64,000 bases of DNA from an uncultured delta proteobacterium (GCA_963803435.1 CAWDML010000003.1:320001-384000), one strand, 5' to 3'; counted from the stretch's first letter, positions 30,069 through 39,795 are shown. The notes: generated by a model not told the origin, from the sequence alone. Translations and numbers: made by a program.

Positions 30069-31704
30069 GCCGCCCGGCCCGGGGCCGAGGTCGAGCGCGT
30101 GTCCGAGCGTCCCGGGCTCGGGCGCGAGGCCCATCCGCGTCCAGAGGGTGGCGCCGAGGTCCTCGATGGTGGCCGCCTCGAAGCGCGCACCCGGCCTGAC
30201 CCCGGGACCGGACAGGATCAGCGGGACCAGCATCTGGGTGGCGCGCAGCCCTCCGTGTCCGCCGCGGTAGTTGCCGACGAACATCTCGAAGTCGAGGGCC
30301 AGGTCGTAGTCGGGCGCGCTGGTGACGATCAGAATCGCCGGCGCCCTCCTGGGCCATCAGCCGCGCCAGCCGCACGACGGCGTAGGGGTAGCGGGTCGAG
30401 TGCGTGGCCGCCAGCCACGCCTCCGGCGAGCGCGACCGCCCGTCCGCCAGCACCCCGTAGCCCAGCGGATCCTCCCCGCTCGCCCGATAGGAGAAGCCAT
30501 CGGGCGTGCGCGCGATGATCCCCTCGCCCCCGCGGCCAAAGACGTGCACGCCGTCTTCACCCCGCGCGATCACGTGCTCGATCCCTTCGGCGTGCCCGAG
30601 GAGCGACACCAGGTCCACAGCGGAGGTCGTCGAGGCGGTGCGATAGCTCCGCAGCTCCGCCAGCGTCGGGCGCTCCTCCCAGCCGGCGCCGGGCTTCTTG
30701 AGGTAGAGGTAGTTCATCAGGTTGCCGTTGATGGCGATGACCACGTCGTACGGATCGAAGCTCTCCAGCGTGTCGCTCATGTGGTCGCTGAAGAGGACGG
30801 TGGCGTCTCCGCGATAGGCCGAGAGGCCGCGGGCGGCGAGGCCACGGACCAGGTCGATGTTGTGGGCTGTCGACTCCAGCCCGTGGTCCGAGGCGAACGC
30901 GTAGATCCGGTCGGCGTCGAGCCCCATGGCCGACGCGCGCTCGCGGTACAGTCCGATCATCGCGTCGATCGTCCGCACCAGCTCCGGATAGCGCGGCCCC
31001 AGACCGTTGACGTGCGCGTACGTGTCCGGCGAGACGAACGTGATCCATTGAATCTTCGGCCGATGCTCGAGGTCCGCGAGCGCGGTCTCGACGACGTGCC
31101 GCTCGACCACGGGCCAGTCGGGGGAGAGTTGGTCTTCGAAGAACGGGATCGCGGAGAGAAGATTCGCCACCCACCAGTGTCCCTCGTACTTGGCCGCCGT
31201 GAACTCGAACGCGGTCTTGATGGAGCGGACCGCGCCGCGGTTGTTGTACGAGTTGATCGTGAAGCTGTGATCGTCACCGAACCGCTCGAAGAGCGTCTTC
31301 CGCGGCACCAGGTCCTGGTTCATCTCGACGTTGGTGCTCCCGACGTACGAGCGGAAGCTCCCGATCTTCCGGTGACGATCGAACCAGCGGAGCCCCAGGA
31401 CCCCGCTCTCGGTGGCGTCCTGCCCGGTCAAGAAGGGATAGAAGCCGTACCCGGTCATCGACGGGAAGGCGACGACGCCGTCGGGGACGTACGCGCCCTC
31501 GTCAATCAACCGCTGGATGTTCGGCAGCGTCCCCGCCCTCAGCTCCTGCTGGAATGTCTCCTGGGACAGTCCGTCGACCAGAAAAATCGTGAGAAAAGGC
31601 GGACGGGCCGGGCGGCCGAACCTATCCTCCGGGCCAGGGCGCCAGAAGAACCAGATAGTGGCGATTCCCACGAATAAAAGCGGTAGCTTCCACCGGCGAG
31701 CCAC
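30063..31704 (-). CDS. Alkaline phosphatase superfamily / type I phosphodiesterase-nucleotide pyrophosphatase (one apparent +1 frameshift ~30333)
   Basis: IFLVDGL, FPSMT nucleophile, PDTYAH and ASDHG. Deleting one T gives GDLIVTSAPDYDL..RGGHGGL, which joins ORF 30063..30284. Confidence 0.85.
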
Positions 31705-31798
31705 GGCCGAATGCTAGACGTAACAGTGCCGGACGGTCCAGACGTGACCGCAATCAGAACCTCTCCCGCACTCCCCGCTTGCCCTCGTGCAAGGCTCC

Positions 31799-32023
31799 AT
31801 GGAAGAGAGGGTTGTGGTCCTCGGTCTGGTCGGCGGACGACGAGCGCGACGGCTCGTGGCCAAGACGGCGCTCGGCGCGGCGCTCCTCGCGTCGCCGTGG
31901 ACGCTGTACGCGTGGGTGCCGGCTCTCAGCCTCGCCGGGGTGCCCCTCTGGCTCGCGGTCACGCTCTCCGTCTCTTCGCTGGCCGGGTTGGCGATCCTCT
32001 GGGCGAGCCTCGCCCGGCGGTAG
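31799..32023 (+). CDS. Small two-TM hypothetical membrane protein
   Basis: 74-aa ORF with two hydrophobic segments and a basic C-terminus. Confidence 0.5.
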   Translation: MEERVVVLGLVGGRRARRLVAKTALGAALLASPWTLYAWVPALSLAGVPLWLAVTLSVSSLAGLAILWASLARR

Positions 32024-32129
32024 GCGCAAGGATCACCGGGTCGAGCCCGCGGATCCGTGGAGAGGCATCGGGCGTAGTGCATCCAGATGGGACTTTGCGA
32101 CGAACTCAGGGACGGAGTAAGCGCGAAGC

Positions 32130-32858
32130 GTGCCGGAGACCCTTCTTCCGCGCATTGCGGCCGGCGATCCGGACGCAGTCCAAGCGTGCATCCGCCGTTA
32201 CGGCGGACTGGTGTGGTCGCTCGCCCTCCGGATGTCCCGCTCGCGCGAGGACGCTGAGGACGCCGTGCAGGAGATCTTCATCAGCCTCTGGAAGAGCGCC
32301 GATCGGTTCGACCCGAGCCGCGCCACCGAGGTCACCTTCATCGCGATGGTCGCACGGCGGCGCTTGATCGATCGGCGCCGGGCGGCCCAGCGTCGGCCGG
32401 AGGAGGCGACGCTGAACCTCTATCCGCCCTACGTGGGCGCGGGCATCCGCGTGGCCGACGTGACCGCCGACTTCTCCCGGTGGGACGTCGAGATGAGGCT
32501 GACCCGGTTCAACCGGAACTACTTCGGCACGCACTTCGGCGGCTCGCTCTATGCGATGTGCGATCCCTTCTACCTGCTGATCGTCACCAAGAGCCTCGGG
32601 CCCGAGTACATCGTCTGGGACAAGGAGGCGGTGATTCGTTTCAAACGACCAGGCCGCGGTCGTGTGCGCGCACGCTTCGAAGTGTCGAGGGATCGGCTCG
32701 ACGCGATCCGGGACGAGGCGGATCGGAAGAGAAAGGTGGAGCCTGTCTTCTTCGCGGAGGTTCGCGATGAGGCCGATCGGATCGTCGCCGAGATCGAGAA
32801 ACGGATCTATGTGCGAAAGAAGGGGCCGTACTCCGTCGATCAGTTCTCGGCCCCGTGA
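32130..32858 (+). CDS. Fusion of an ECF sigma factor region 2 (no region 4) with a DUF4442/YiiD-like hotdog domain
   Basis: aa 1-94: LLPRIAAGD..YGGLVWSLALRM..DAEDAVQEIFISLWKSADRFDP..TFIAMVARRRLID (sigma70_r2). aa 95-242: LNLYPPYVGAGIRV..NRNYFGTHFGGSLYAMCDPFY..VWDKEAVIRFKRPG (DUF4442). Confidence 0.85.
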   Translation: MPETLLPRIAAGDPDAVQACIRRYGGLVWSLALRMSRSREDAEDAVQEIFISLWKSADRFDPSRATEVTFIAMVARRRLIDRRRAAQRRPEEATLNLYPPYVGAGIRVADVTADFSRWDVEMRLTRFNRNYFGTHFGGSLYAMCDPFYLLIVTKSLGPEYIVWDKEAVIRFKRPGRGRVRARFEVSRDRLDAIRDEADRKRKVEPVFFAEVRDEADRIVAEIEKRIYVRKKGPYSVDQFSAP

Positions 32859-32872
32859 TATCTGTTCGGTCC

Positions 32873-33736
32873 ATGAGCGAACGTTCCGTGCTGGTCACGG
32901 GAGCGACCGGACGACAGGGTGGAGCCGTGGCCCGATCCCTCAGGGATCGCGGTCATCGGGTGCGCGCCGTGGCGCGCGATCCGAGCAAGGCGGAGGTCTT
33001 GCGATCCATGGGGGTGGAGGTCGTCGCGGGGTCGTTCGACGATCCCGGCGCGATCGCGGCGGCGGCTGCGGGGATGGAGGCGATGTTCGCCGTGACCACG
33101 CCGGCGCTGGGCGCGGAGCGGGAGCGGGCGCAGGGACGGACGCTGGCGGAGGCCGCGCGGGCCGCCGGCGTGGGCCACCTGGTGTTGAGCTCGGCGGCCG
33201 GCGCCGATCGGGAGACCGGGATCCCGCACTTCGAGAGCAAGCGCGCCGTCGAGCGGCACTGCGCGGATCTGGGGATCGACTTCACCGTGGTGGCGCCCGC
33301 CTCCTTCTTCGAGAACGTGCAGTCCTTCGGAAACGGTGCCGAGGTGGCGCAGGGCTGGTTCCGCCAGCCGCTGGCGTCCTCCACGCGGCTCGCCCAGGTC
33401 GCAGTCGAGGACATCGGGCGTTTCGTCGCGAAGGTGATCGAGGTCGGCGTGCCGTTCTTCGGCCGCCGGATCGAGCTCGCCGGCGACACGCTGACGGGAC
33501 CGGAGATGGCGGCTGTCCTGTCGAAGGCGACCGGCCGCGCGGTCGAGTATCTCGAGCAGCCGATCGAGGACGTCGCCTCGCCCGATCTGCGCGCGATGTA
33601 CGCGTGGTTGGATCGGGGCGGTTGCCAGGTCGACGTCGAGGCCCTCGAGCGCGAGCACCCCGAGGTGGGCTGGCACAGCTTCGAGAGCTGGGCCTGCGAG
33701 CAGGACTGGGATCGGCTGCTCAGCGCTGCCGCTTGA
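32873..33736 (+). CDS. NmrA/HSCARG-family NAD(P)-binding protein
   Basis: VLVTGATGRQGGAVA, GIPHFESK, FFEN and VAVEDIG. Confidence 0.9.
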   Translation: MSERSVLVTGATGRQGGAVARSLRDRGHRVRAVARDPSKAEVLRSMGVEVVAGSFDDPGAIAAAAAGMEAMFAVTTPALGAERERAQGRTLAEAARAAGVGHLVLSSAAGADRETGIPHFESKRAVERHCADLGIDFTVVAPASFFENVQSFGNGAEVAQGWFRQPLASSTRLAQVAVEDIGRFVAKVIEVGVPFFGRRIELAGDTLTGPEMAAVLSKATGRAVEYLEQPIEDVASPDLRAMYAWLDRGGCQVDVEALEREHPEVGWHSFESWACEQDWDRLLSAAA

Positions 33737-34868
33737 TCGAGGTCTTCCGCTTCGCCTTCTTCTTCTTGGGCTTTTGAAGCCGGGTCACCGGCGGGCGGTT
33801 CTTTCTCGATCGCATCGCGAACGGAGCCTGCGCCCCGCGCACCACCAGGTGCGGATCGAGCCACGCGAAGATCGTGACCTCGTCGCGATCGTAGACCAGC
33901 TGTCGGGCGCGCAGCCCGCGCCAGCCGGCGTCCTCGAGCATCGCGACGATGGCGGCCAGCATCTCGGCGCGCTTCTTCATCGGCAGCTTGATGTTGGCGA
34001 TCAGCTGGCGGGCCCAGACGCGGCGACCCCACTTGGCGAGGAGCTTGCCCACCTCGAACGGCCGCCAGGCCATGTCGCACAGGACCCAGTCGAGGGTCTC
34101 CTCGGGCACAAACTCGAACGCGCTCTGCTGCAGGTGCTTGAAGCGCCGGGGCGGGAGATCGATCTTGATGCGCGCCGGATCGACGGCGATGACGCTCGCG
34201 CCGCGCTCGACGGCGATCTGGGACCAGCCGCCCGGCGCGGCACCCAGATCGGCCACCTGATCGCCCGGCTCGGGTCCGACGCCGATCCAGCGGATCGCCT
34301 CGTCCAGCTTGAGGCCCGACCGCGAGGGCGAGTCCTCCGCGCGCCGGAGGCGCACGCGACCGCCCGGCGAGGCGGAGAGGGCCTCGCTCACGTGGGTCAC
34401 GCCAATCAGCACGCCGGTGTCGTCGACCGGCCAGACTTGCACCAAGCGATCGGCGTCGGTCGGATCGGCGACCTGGCGCGCGCGGATCTGCGGAGAGAGT
34501 CGGACCGAGAGCGCCTCCTCGAGCAGCGCGGTCGACCTCTCGACCCAGCGGCGGCGCGGGTCCCGCGGATCCTTCGAGTCGGGGACCACGATCTGGAGGC
34601 ACCAGCGCCAGGGCTCGGCCCTCGCGGGCATGCGCTTGTGCATCTGCTCCGCGATCTCGTCCGCGAGGGGCTCGATCTCCAGGTCCGCGCGGTCGGCCTC
34701 GGTCCGCATGGCCTGGCGTGCAAACGCGGGCTCCTTGAGCTTCCCCTCCGCGTCCTTCAGGCGCTCGTGCACCAGCACGACACCTTCGCCGATCGTCTCG
34801 GCCATTTCGCCGAGCTCCTGGACCAGGTCTCGTTCCCAGCCGCTGCGACAGAGAAACGCCCAACTCAA
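33720..34868 (-). CDS. rlmM: RlmM-like 23S rRNA 2'-O-methyltransferase (FtsJ-like)
   Basis: PAFARQ, SPSRSGLKLDEA, ADLGAAPGGWS, IAVD, DWVLCDM, ANIKL, RQLVYDRDEVT. Start uncertain (TTG 34868). Confidence 0.8.
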   Translation of the reverse strand: MSWAFLCRSGWERDLVQELGEMAETIGEGVVLVHERLKDAEGKLKEPAFARQAMRTEADRADLEIEPLADEIAEQMHKRMPARAEPWRWCLQIVVPDSKDPRDPRRRWVERSTALLEEALSVRLSPQIRARQVADPTDADRLVQVWPVDDTGVLIGVTHVSEALSASPGGRVRLRRAEDSPSRSGLKLDEAIRWIGVGPEPGDQVADLGAAPGGWSQIAVERGASVIAVDPARIKIDLPPRRFKHLQQSAFEFVPEETLDWVLCDMAWRPFEVGKLLAKWGRRVWARQLIANIKLPMKKRAEMLAAIVAMLEDAGWRGLRARQLVYDRDEVTIFAWLDPHLVVRGAQAPFAMRSRKNRPPVTRLQKPKKKKAKRKTSIKRQR

Positions 34869-34948
34869 AGCGGTCGAGGTTGTGAGCGCACGATCGGGAG
34901 CAGTCAAGAGCCTTGCCCGAGGCCCACGGACGTAGTACCCGCGCCGCA

Positions 34949-36598
34949 ATGCCGCAGTCTGCGGAGTTTCTGACGGCGGTGGTGTTCCTCCCCCTCGTCG
35001 GCGCGATCCTGCTGGCGCTGTTTCCGGCCGAGGATCATCGGAATCTCAAGGCCACGGCGCTCGGCGTGAGCGTCATCGATCTGGTCCTGGCGCTGTTGCT
35101 CTGGGGCGGCTTCCGCGTCGAGAACCCCGGCTATCAGTTCGCCGCCTCGGTCCCGTGGATCGAGAGCTTCGGCATCTCGTACAAGATCGGGATCGACGGG
35201 ATCTCGCTGACGCTGATCGTGCTGACGGCGATCCTGATGCCGCTGACCCTCCTGGGCGCCTGGAAGGCGATCGACCGGCGCGTCAAGGAGTTCGTGATCG
35301 CGATGCTCCTCCTCGAGACCGGCATGTTGGGGGCGTTCGTCGCGCTGGATCTGTTCCTCTTCTACGTCTTCTGGGAGGCGATGCTGATCCCGATGTACTT
35401 CCTCATCGGGGTCTGGGGCGGGAGCCGCCGGGTCTACGCCGCCATCAAGTTCTTCATCTTCACGATGGTCGGCTCGCTCTTGATGCTGATCGCGATCCTC
35501 TACGTTGCGAACCAGCCCGACGGCTCGTGGAGCTTCGCCCTCGACGCCGCCCTGCGCCGCAGCTTCACCGGCTCCGAGGCCAACTGGCTCTTCGGCGCGT
35601 TCGCGCTGGCCTTCGCCATCAAGGTCCCGATGTTCCCGGTGCACACCTGGCTGCCGGACGCGCACGTCGAGGCGCCTACGGCCGGCTCGGTGATCCTGGC
35701 CGGCGTGCTGCTCAAGCTCGGGGTCTACGGCTTCATCCGCTTCGCCTTCCCGCTCTTCCCCGACGCCGCGCTCATTTATCTCCCGGTCATCGGCTGGCTC
35801 GCGGTCATCGGCATCATCTACGGCGCGCTGGTCGCCTGGGTGCAGCCGGACATGAAGAAGCTGGTGGCGTATTCCTCGGTCAGCCACCTCGGCTTCTGCA
35901 TGTTGGGGCTGGCGGCGATGACCATCGAGGGCGTCTCGGGCGCCGTGTTCGTGATGATCGCCCACGGCATCTCCACCGGCGCGCTCTTCCTCCTGGTCGG
36001 CGTCCTCTACGAGCGCCGCCACACCCGCGCGCTGGCGGACTACGGCGGTCTGGCCAAGCGCGCCCCGATCTTCGCCTTCTTCCTGGTGATGACCGCGATG
36101 GCGAGCGCGGGTCTCCCGGCGCTCTGCGGCTTCCCCGGCGAGTTCCTGGTGCTCCTCGGCACCTTCACCGCCGGCGGGCTCCGCACGATCTGGGCGATCG
36201 TCGCCGGCACCGGGGTCATCCTGGCTGCGGTCTATCTGCTCTGGATGGTGCAGAAGGTGCTGTTTGGTCCGCTGCAGAACCCGGCCAACGACAAGATCTC
36301 CGACATGAACGTGCGCGAGATCCTGGTCCTGGCGCCGCTCATGGCGCTCGCGATCCTCCTGGGCGTGAAGCCGAGCATCGTGCTGGATCGCATCGAGCCG
36401 TCGGTGCAGCGCTTCGTGGTGCAGGTGCATCAGCGCGCGCAGGTCCCGCCGTACCGGGCCGACCACGGCGCCCTCAAGAAGAAGGTCCTGACGCCGATCC
36501 GGCCCACCGGGGTGATCCGCCGGATGGATCAGCGATTCCGCCCGGGCCGTGTCTTCGACTCGGTCGGAAGCCCGATCCAGCAAGGAAAAGAGCGATGA
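34949..36598 (+). CDS. nuoM: NADH-quinone oxidoreductase subunit M
   Basis: GIDGIS, LFYVFWEAMLIPMY, IKVPMFPVHTWLPDAHVEAPTAGS, LLKLG, KKLVAYSSVSH, AHG, YERRHTR and FPGEF. Confidence 0.93.
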   Translation: MPQSAEFLTAVVFLPLVGAILLALFPAEDHRNLKATALGVSVIDLVLALLLWGGFRVENPGYQFAASVPWIESFGISYKIGIDGISLTLIVLTAILMPLTLLGAWKAIDRRVKEFVIAMLLLETGMLGAFVALDLFLFYVFWEAMLIPMYFLIGVWGGSRRVYAAIKFFIFTMVGSLLMLIAILYVANQPDGSWSFALDAALRRSFTGSEANWLFGAFALAFAIKVPMFPVHTWLPDAHVEAPTAGSVILAGVLLKLGVYGFIRFAFPLFPDAALIYLPVIGWLAVIGIIYGALVAWVQPDMKKLVAYSSVSHLGFCMLGLAAMTIEGVSGAVFVMIAHGISTGALFLLVGVLYERRHTRALADYGGLAKRAPIFAFFLVMTAMASAGLPALCGFPGEFLVLLGTFTAGGLRTIWAIVAGTGVILAAVYLLWMVQKVLFGPLQNPANDKISDMNVREILVLAPLMALAILLGVKPSIVLDRIEPSVQRFVVQVHQRAQVPPYRADHGALKKKVLTPIRPTGVIRRMDQRFRPGRVFDSVGSPIQQGKER

Positions 36599-38100
36599 CG
36601 GTCACCAGCGCCGATCTCCTCCCGCTCCTGCCCGCCGGCATTCTGGTCCTGACGGCGGTCCTGCTCCTCATGTACGAGGTGTTCTCGAACCAGAGCGATC
36701 GCACCTACTGCGCCACGATCTCGGTGATCGGCCTGGGCCTCGCGCTCTGCTTCGTGGCATCGGAGCTGTCGCAGCCCACCCACCTGCTGTTCGCGGTGGG
36801 CCCGCGGGCCGCGCCGCTGATCGTCGACCCGTTCGCCCGCCTCGCCTCCATCATCGTCCTCACGGCCGGGATCATCGCCAGCCTGCTCTCACCGGGCTAC
36901 GTGAAGAACGCCCGCTGCGACAGCGGTGAGTACTACGCCCTCATGCTCTTCTCGATCGTCGGGATGATGGTCATGGTGATGGCCGGCGATCTGATCACGT
37001 TCTTCCTCGGCCTCGAGACCATGTCGGTCGCCGTCTATGCGCTGACGGGCCTGCGCCGGAACGACCCCCGCTCCTCGGAGGCCGCGCTCAAGTACTTCCT
37101 CATGGGGGCGTTCGCCACCGGCTTCCTCCTCTTCGGCATCGCGCTCGTCTACGGCATGACCGGCTCGGTGGCGCTCCGCGATCTGGCCCACTCCCTCGCG
37201 GCCGTCGATCCGTTCCTCCATCAGCCGCTCCTCGGCCTCGGCCTGGTGCTGATCGTGGTCGGCTTCGCGTTCAAGATCGCCGCCGTCCCGTTCCACATGT
37301 GGGCCCCCGACGTCTACGAGGGCGCGCCCACGCCGATCAGCGGCTTCATGGCCGTCGCCGTCAAAGCGGCCGCCTTCGTCGCGCTGCTCCGCCTGGTCGT
37401 CGTCGGCTTCGCCGCCACCGAGACCGCCGACCCCACCTGGCTCCGCCTCCTCTCCGCCCTCGCGGTCCTCACCATCCTCGTCGGCAACGTCCTGGCCCTG
37501 GTCCAGCAGAACGTGAAGCGGATGCTCGCCTACTCCTCCATCGCCCACGCCGGCTACCTCCTCATCGGCGTGGTCGTCGCCGGCCTCGGCTACGAGCAAG
37601 CCGGCGCCGCCGTCCTCTTCTACCTCACGACCTATACGTTCATGACCCTGGGCGCCTTCGGCGTCCTCGCCTTCCTCGAACGCAAGGACGGCGGCATCGA
37701 GTCGGAACGCTTCGGAGCCTACGCCGGCATCGGCTACAAGCACCCGGCCCTCGGCGCCGCGATGGTGCTCTTCATGATCTCCCTCGGCGGCCTCCCCCCG
37801 ACCGGCGGCTTCTTCGGCAAGCTGTATCTCTTCTCCGCCGCCATCAAGGCCGGCCAGACCAACCTCGCCCTGGTCGGTATCCTCGGCTCGGTGATCAGCA
37901 TCTACTACTACCTCCGCGTGGTCGTGGCCTTCTACATGAAGGAGGTCCCCGATCCCGGCCCCACCCCCCAAGCCACCCGCTCCACCCCCCTCACCCTCGG
38001 CCTCGCCCTCGCCGCCGCCGGCGTCCTCTACCTCGGCCTGTTCCCCACCGCCTGGATCGAGCTCGGCCGCCGCGCGATGGAGTCCCTGCTGCCCTCCTGA
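36595..38100 (+). CDS. nuoN: NADH-quinone oxidoreductase subunit N
   Basis: 3' part of ORF 35155..38100 from ATG 36595. Motifs GEYY, LETMS, EAALKYF, FKIAAVPFHMWAPDVYEGAP, KRMLAYSSIAHAGY, GLPPTGGFFGK and YYYLR. Confidence 0.93.
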   Translation: MTVTSADLLPLLPAGILVLTAVLLLMYEVFSNQSDRTYCATISVIGLGLALCFVASELSQPTHLLFAVGPRAAPLIVDPFARLASIIVLTAGIIASLLSPGYVKNARCDSGEYYALMLFSIVGMMVMVMAGDLITFFLGLETMSVAVYALTGLRRNDPRSSEAALKYFLMGAFATGFLLFGIALVYGMTGSVALRDLAHSLAAVDPFLHQPLLGLGLVLIVVGFAFKIAAVPFHMWAPDVYEGAPTPISGFMAVAVKAAAFVALLRLVVVGFAATETADPTWLRLLSALAVLTILVGNVLALVQQNVKRMLAYSSIAHAGYLLIGVVVAGLGYEQAGAAVLFYLTTYTFMTLGAFGVLAFLERKDGGIESERFGAYAGIGYKHPALGAAMVLFMISLGGLPPTGGFFGKLYLFSAAIKAGQTNLALVGILGSVISIYYYLRVVVAFYMKEVPDPGPTPQATRSTPLTLGLALAAAGVLYLGLFPTAWIELGRRAMESLLPS

Positions 38101-38129
38101 GGACTCGGTCCAGACGGAGTCCCCAAAAT

Positions 38130-38522
38130 TCAGGTCGAGGGCTGGATCAGGTCCCAGCGGTTGCCGAAGGCGTCCTCGAAGACGGCGACGGTGCCGTAGG
38201 GTTCGCGGCGGGGGGGTTCCAGGAAGTGGACGCCGCGGGAGGTGAGGGCGGTGTGGTCGCGGGCGAAGTCGTCGGTGTGGAGGAAGAGGAAGACGCGGCC
38301 GCCGGCCTGGTGGCCGATGGCGGCGGTCTGGGAGGGGGTGGTGGCCTTGGCCAGGAGGAGGGCGGTCTCTTGGGCGCCGGGGGGCTGGACGACGACCCAG
38401 CGCTTGCCGTCGGGCTGGGGCGTGTCCTCCCGGAGCGCGAAGCCGAGCCGGGTGGTGTAGTAGGCGATCGCGTCGTCGTAGTCCGGGACCAGGAGGGCAA
38501 TCAGCGCGAGGGACTGTTTCAT
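38130..38522 (-). CDS. VOC/glyoxalase-bleomycin resistance family protein
   Basis: LLVPDYDDAIAYYT, KRWVVV, QAGGRVFLFLHTDDF and EPYGTVAVFEDAFGNRWDLIQP. Confidence 0.92.
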   Translation of the reverse strand: MKQSLALIALLVPDYDDAIAYYTTRLGFALREDTPQPDGKRWVVVQPPGAQETALLLAKATTPSQTAAIGHQAGGRVFLFLHTDDFARDHTALTSRGVHFLEPPRREPYGTVAVFEDAFGNRWDLIQPST

Positions 38523-38535
38523 GGGTCTTTTCTCG

Positions 38536-38564
38536 TTGACACCCCTGCCAGGGTTTGGTTAATG
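38536..38564 (+). promoter_or_regulatory. Putative sigma70 promoter for the str operon
   Basis: Perfect TTGACA at 38536-38541, then AT-rich GTTAAT 16 nt later, in otherwise GC-rich DNA upstream of rpsL. Confidence 0.6.
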
Positions 38565-38925
38565 CGCCTCCTCTCGGGTGTAGGCGTGTCTACGCCCGAC
38601 GGAAGGAGGGACAGGGGACGCTGAAGGATCGGTGAACGGACCTCGAGATATCGGCCCGCAGTCGCGACGCAATCGAGCGAAGAGCGCACGGGACATGATC
38701 GAGAGAGACGCGACCTTCGGCAAGAGACGAGACTGAACGCGACCTTGGGTGCAAAGCCTTCGGGCAGTAATACCCAAGCGCGGAAGCGGGCGCACCAGCG
38801 GCCGCAGCAAGTCTGGCTCCCAGCCAGAGAACGACTCACTCCCCTGGATCTCCGAGAGCGAACACCTGGAAGGCGTTCGGGGCAGCGTGTTTTCGCTGGT
38901 CCAAACGCGAAGCGGAGCCGAGCGA
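38565..38925 (+). ncRNA. Candidate structured 5' leader RNA of the str operon
   Basis: At least four hairpins (38567-38609, 38738-38782 with a cUUCGg tetraloop, 38812-38828, 38859-38879), with G-U pairs that work only on the + strand. Confidence 0.4.
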
Positions 38926-39321
38926 ATGCCAACGATCAACCAGTTGATCCGGAAGGCGCGGAAAGATCCTCCTTTCAAGACGAAGTCGCCTGCGTTGAAG
39001 AACTGTCCGCAGCGGCGTGGGGTCTGCGTCCGTGTCTACACGTCCACGCCGAAGAAGCCGAACTCGGCGCTCCGGAAGGTGGCGCGCGTGCGCCTCACCA
39101 ACGGGATCGAGATCACCGCGTACATCGGCGGTGAGGGCCACAACCTCCAGGAGCACTCGGTGGTCCTGGTGCGCGGCGGCCGCGTGAAGGACCTGCCCGG
39201 CGTTCGGTACCACATCGTACGAGGCACCCTGGACGCCTCGGCGGCCGAGGGGCCGTCGAACACCAACAAGCTCAAGCGCAACCAGGGCCGCTCCAAGTAT
39301 GGCGTGAAGAGGGCGAGGTAA
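38926..39321 (+). CDS. rpsL: 30S ribosomal protein S12
   Basis: [39 protein letters not shown] and RSKYG. Confidence 0.98.
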   Translation: MPTINQLIRKARKDPPFKTKSPALKNCPQRRGVCVRVYTSTPKKPNSALRKVARVRLTNGIEITAYIGGEGHNLQEHSVVLVRGGRVKDLPGVRYHIVRGTLDASAAEGPSNTNKLKRNQGRSKYGVKRAR

Positions 39322-39324
39322 TCG

Positions 39325-39795
39325 ATGCGTCGTCGAGAGTCACCGAAGCGCAAAGTCCTGGCGGATCCCAAGTACAAGGATCGCCTCGTCACCAAGTTCA
39401 TCAACGCCTTGATGAGCGACGGCAAGAAGTCGACCGCCGAGCGGATCTGCTACGGCGCCTTCGACATCGTCGCGCACAAGAACAACGAGGAGGACGCCCT
39501 CTCGCTGTTCAAGAAGGCGCTCGAGAACGTGAAGCCGCGGATCGAGGTCAAGTCTCGGCGCGTCGGTGGTGCCACGTTCCAGGTCCCGGTCGAGGTTCGG
39601 CCCGAGCGGCGCACGTCGCTCGGCATGCGCTGGTTGATCTCCTTCGCCGACAAGCGGGCGGAGAAGACCATGCGCGAGAAGCTCGCGGGCGAGATCTTGG
39701 ATGCAGCCGCCGGTCGCGGCGCTGCGGTGAAGAAGCGGGAGGAGACCCACAAGATGGCGGAAGCCAACAAGGCCTTCGCCCACTTCAGATGGTAA
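39325..39795 (+). CDS. rpsG: 30S ribosomal protein S7
   Basis: [23 protein letters not shown] and [15 protein letters not shown]. Confidence 0.98.
   Translation: MRRRESPKRKVLADPKYKDRLVTKFINALMSDGKKSTAERICYGAFDIVAHKNNEEDALSLFKKALENVKPRIEVKSRRVGGATFQVPVEVRPERRTSLGMRWLISFADKRAEKTMREKLAGEILDAAAGRGAAVKKREETHKMAEANKAFAHFRW

Noticed and set aside
35155-38100. Apparent 981-aa protein with a long N-terminal extension on NuoN
   Set aside because: The extension is an alternative frame of nuoM. The real start is ATG 36595. ORFs 5378..7459, 13308..15536 and 2891..4492 show the same artefact.
38101-38129. Hairpin GGACTC...GAGTCC between nuoN and the VOC gene as an intrinsic terminator
   Set aside because: Short imperfect stem with no downstream U-tract on either strand, so too weak to call.
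38745-38800. GCAAAGCC resembling the c-di-GMP-I (GEMM) riboswitch core
   Set aside because: The upstream GGCAAACC/GAAA P1 hairpin is not present. The local fold is better explained as a UUCG-capped hairpin.
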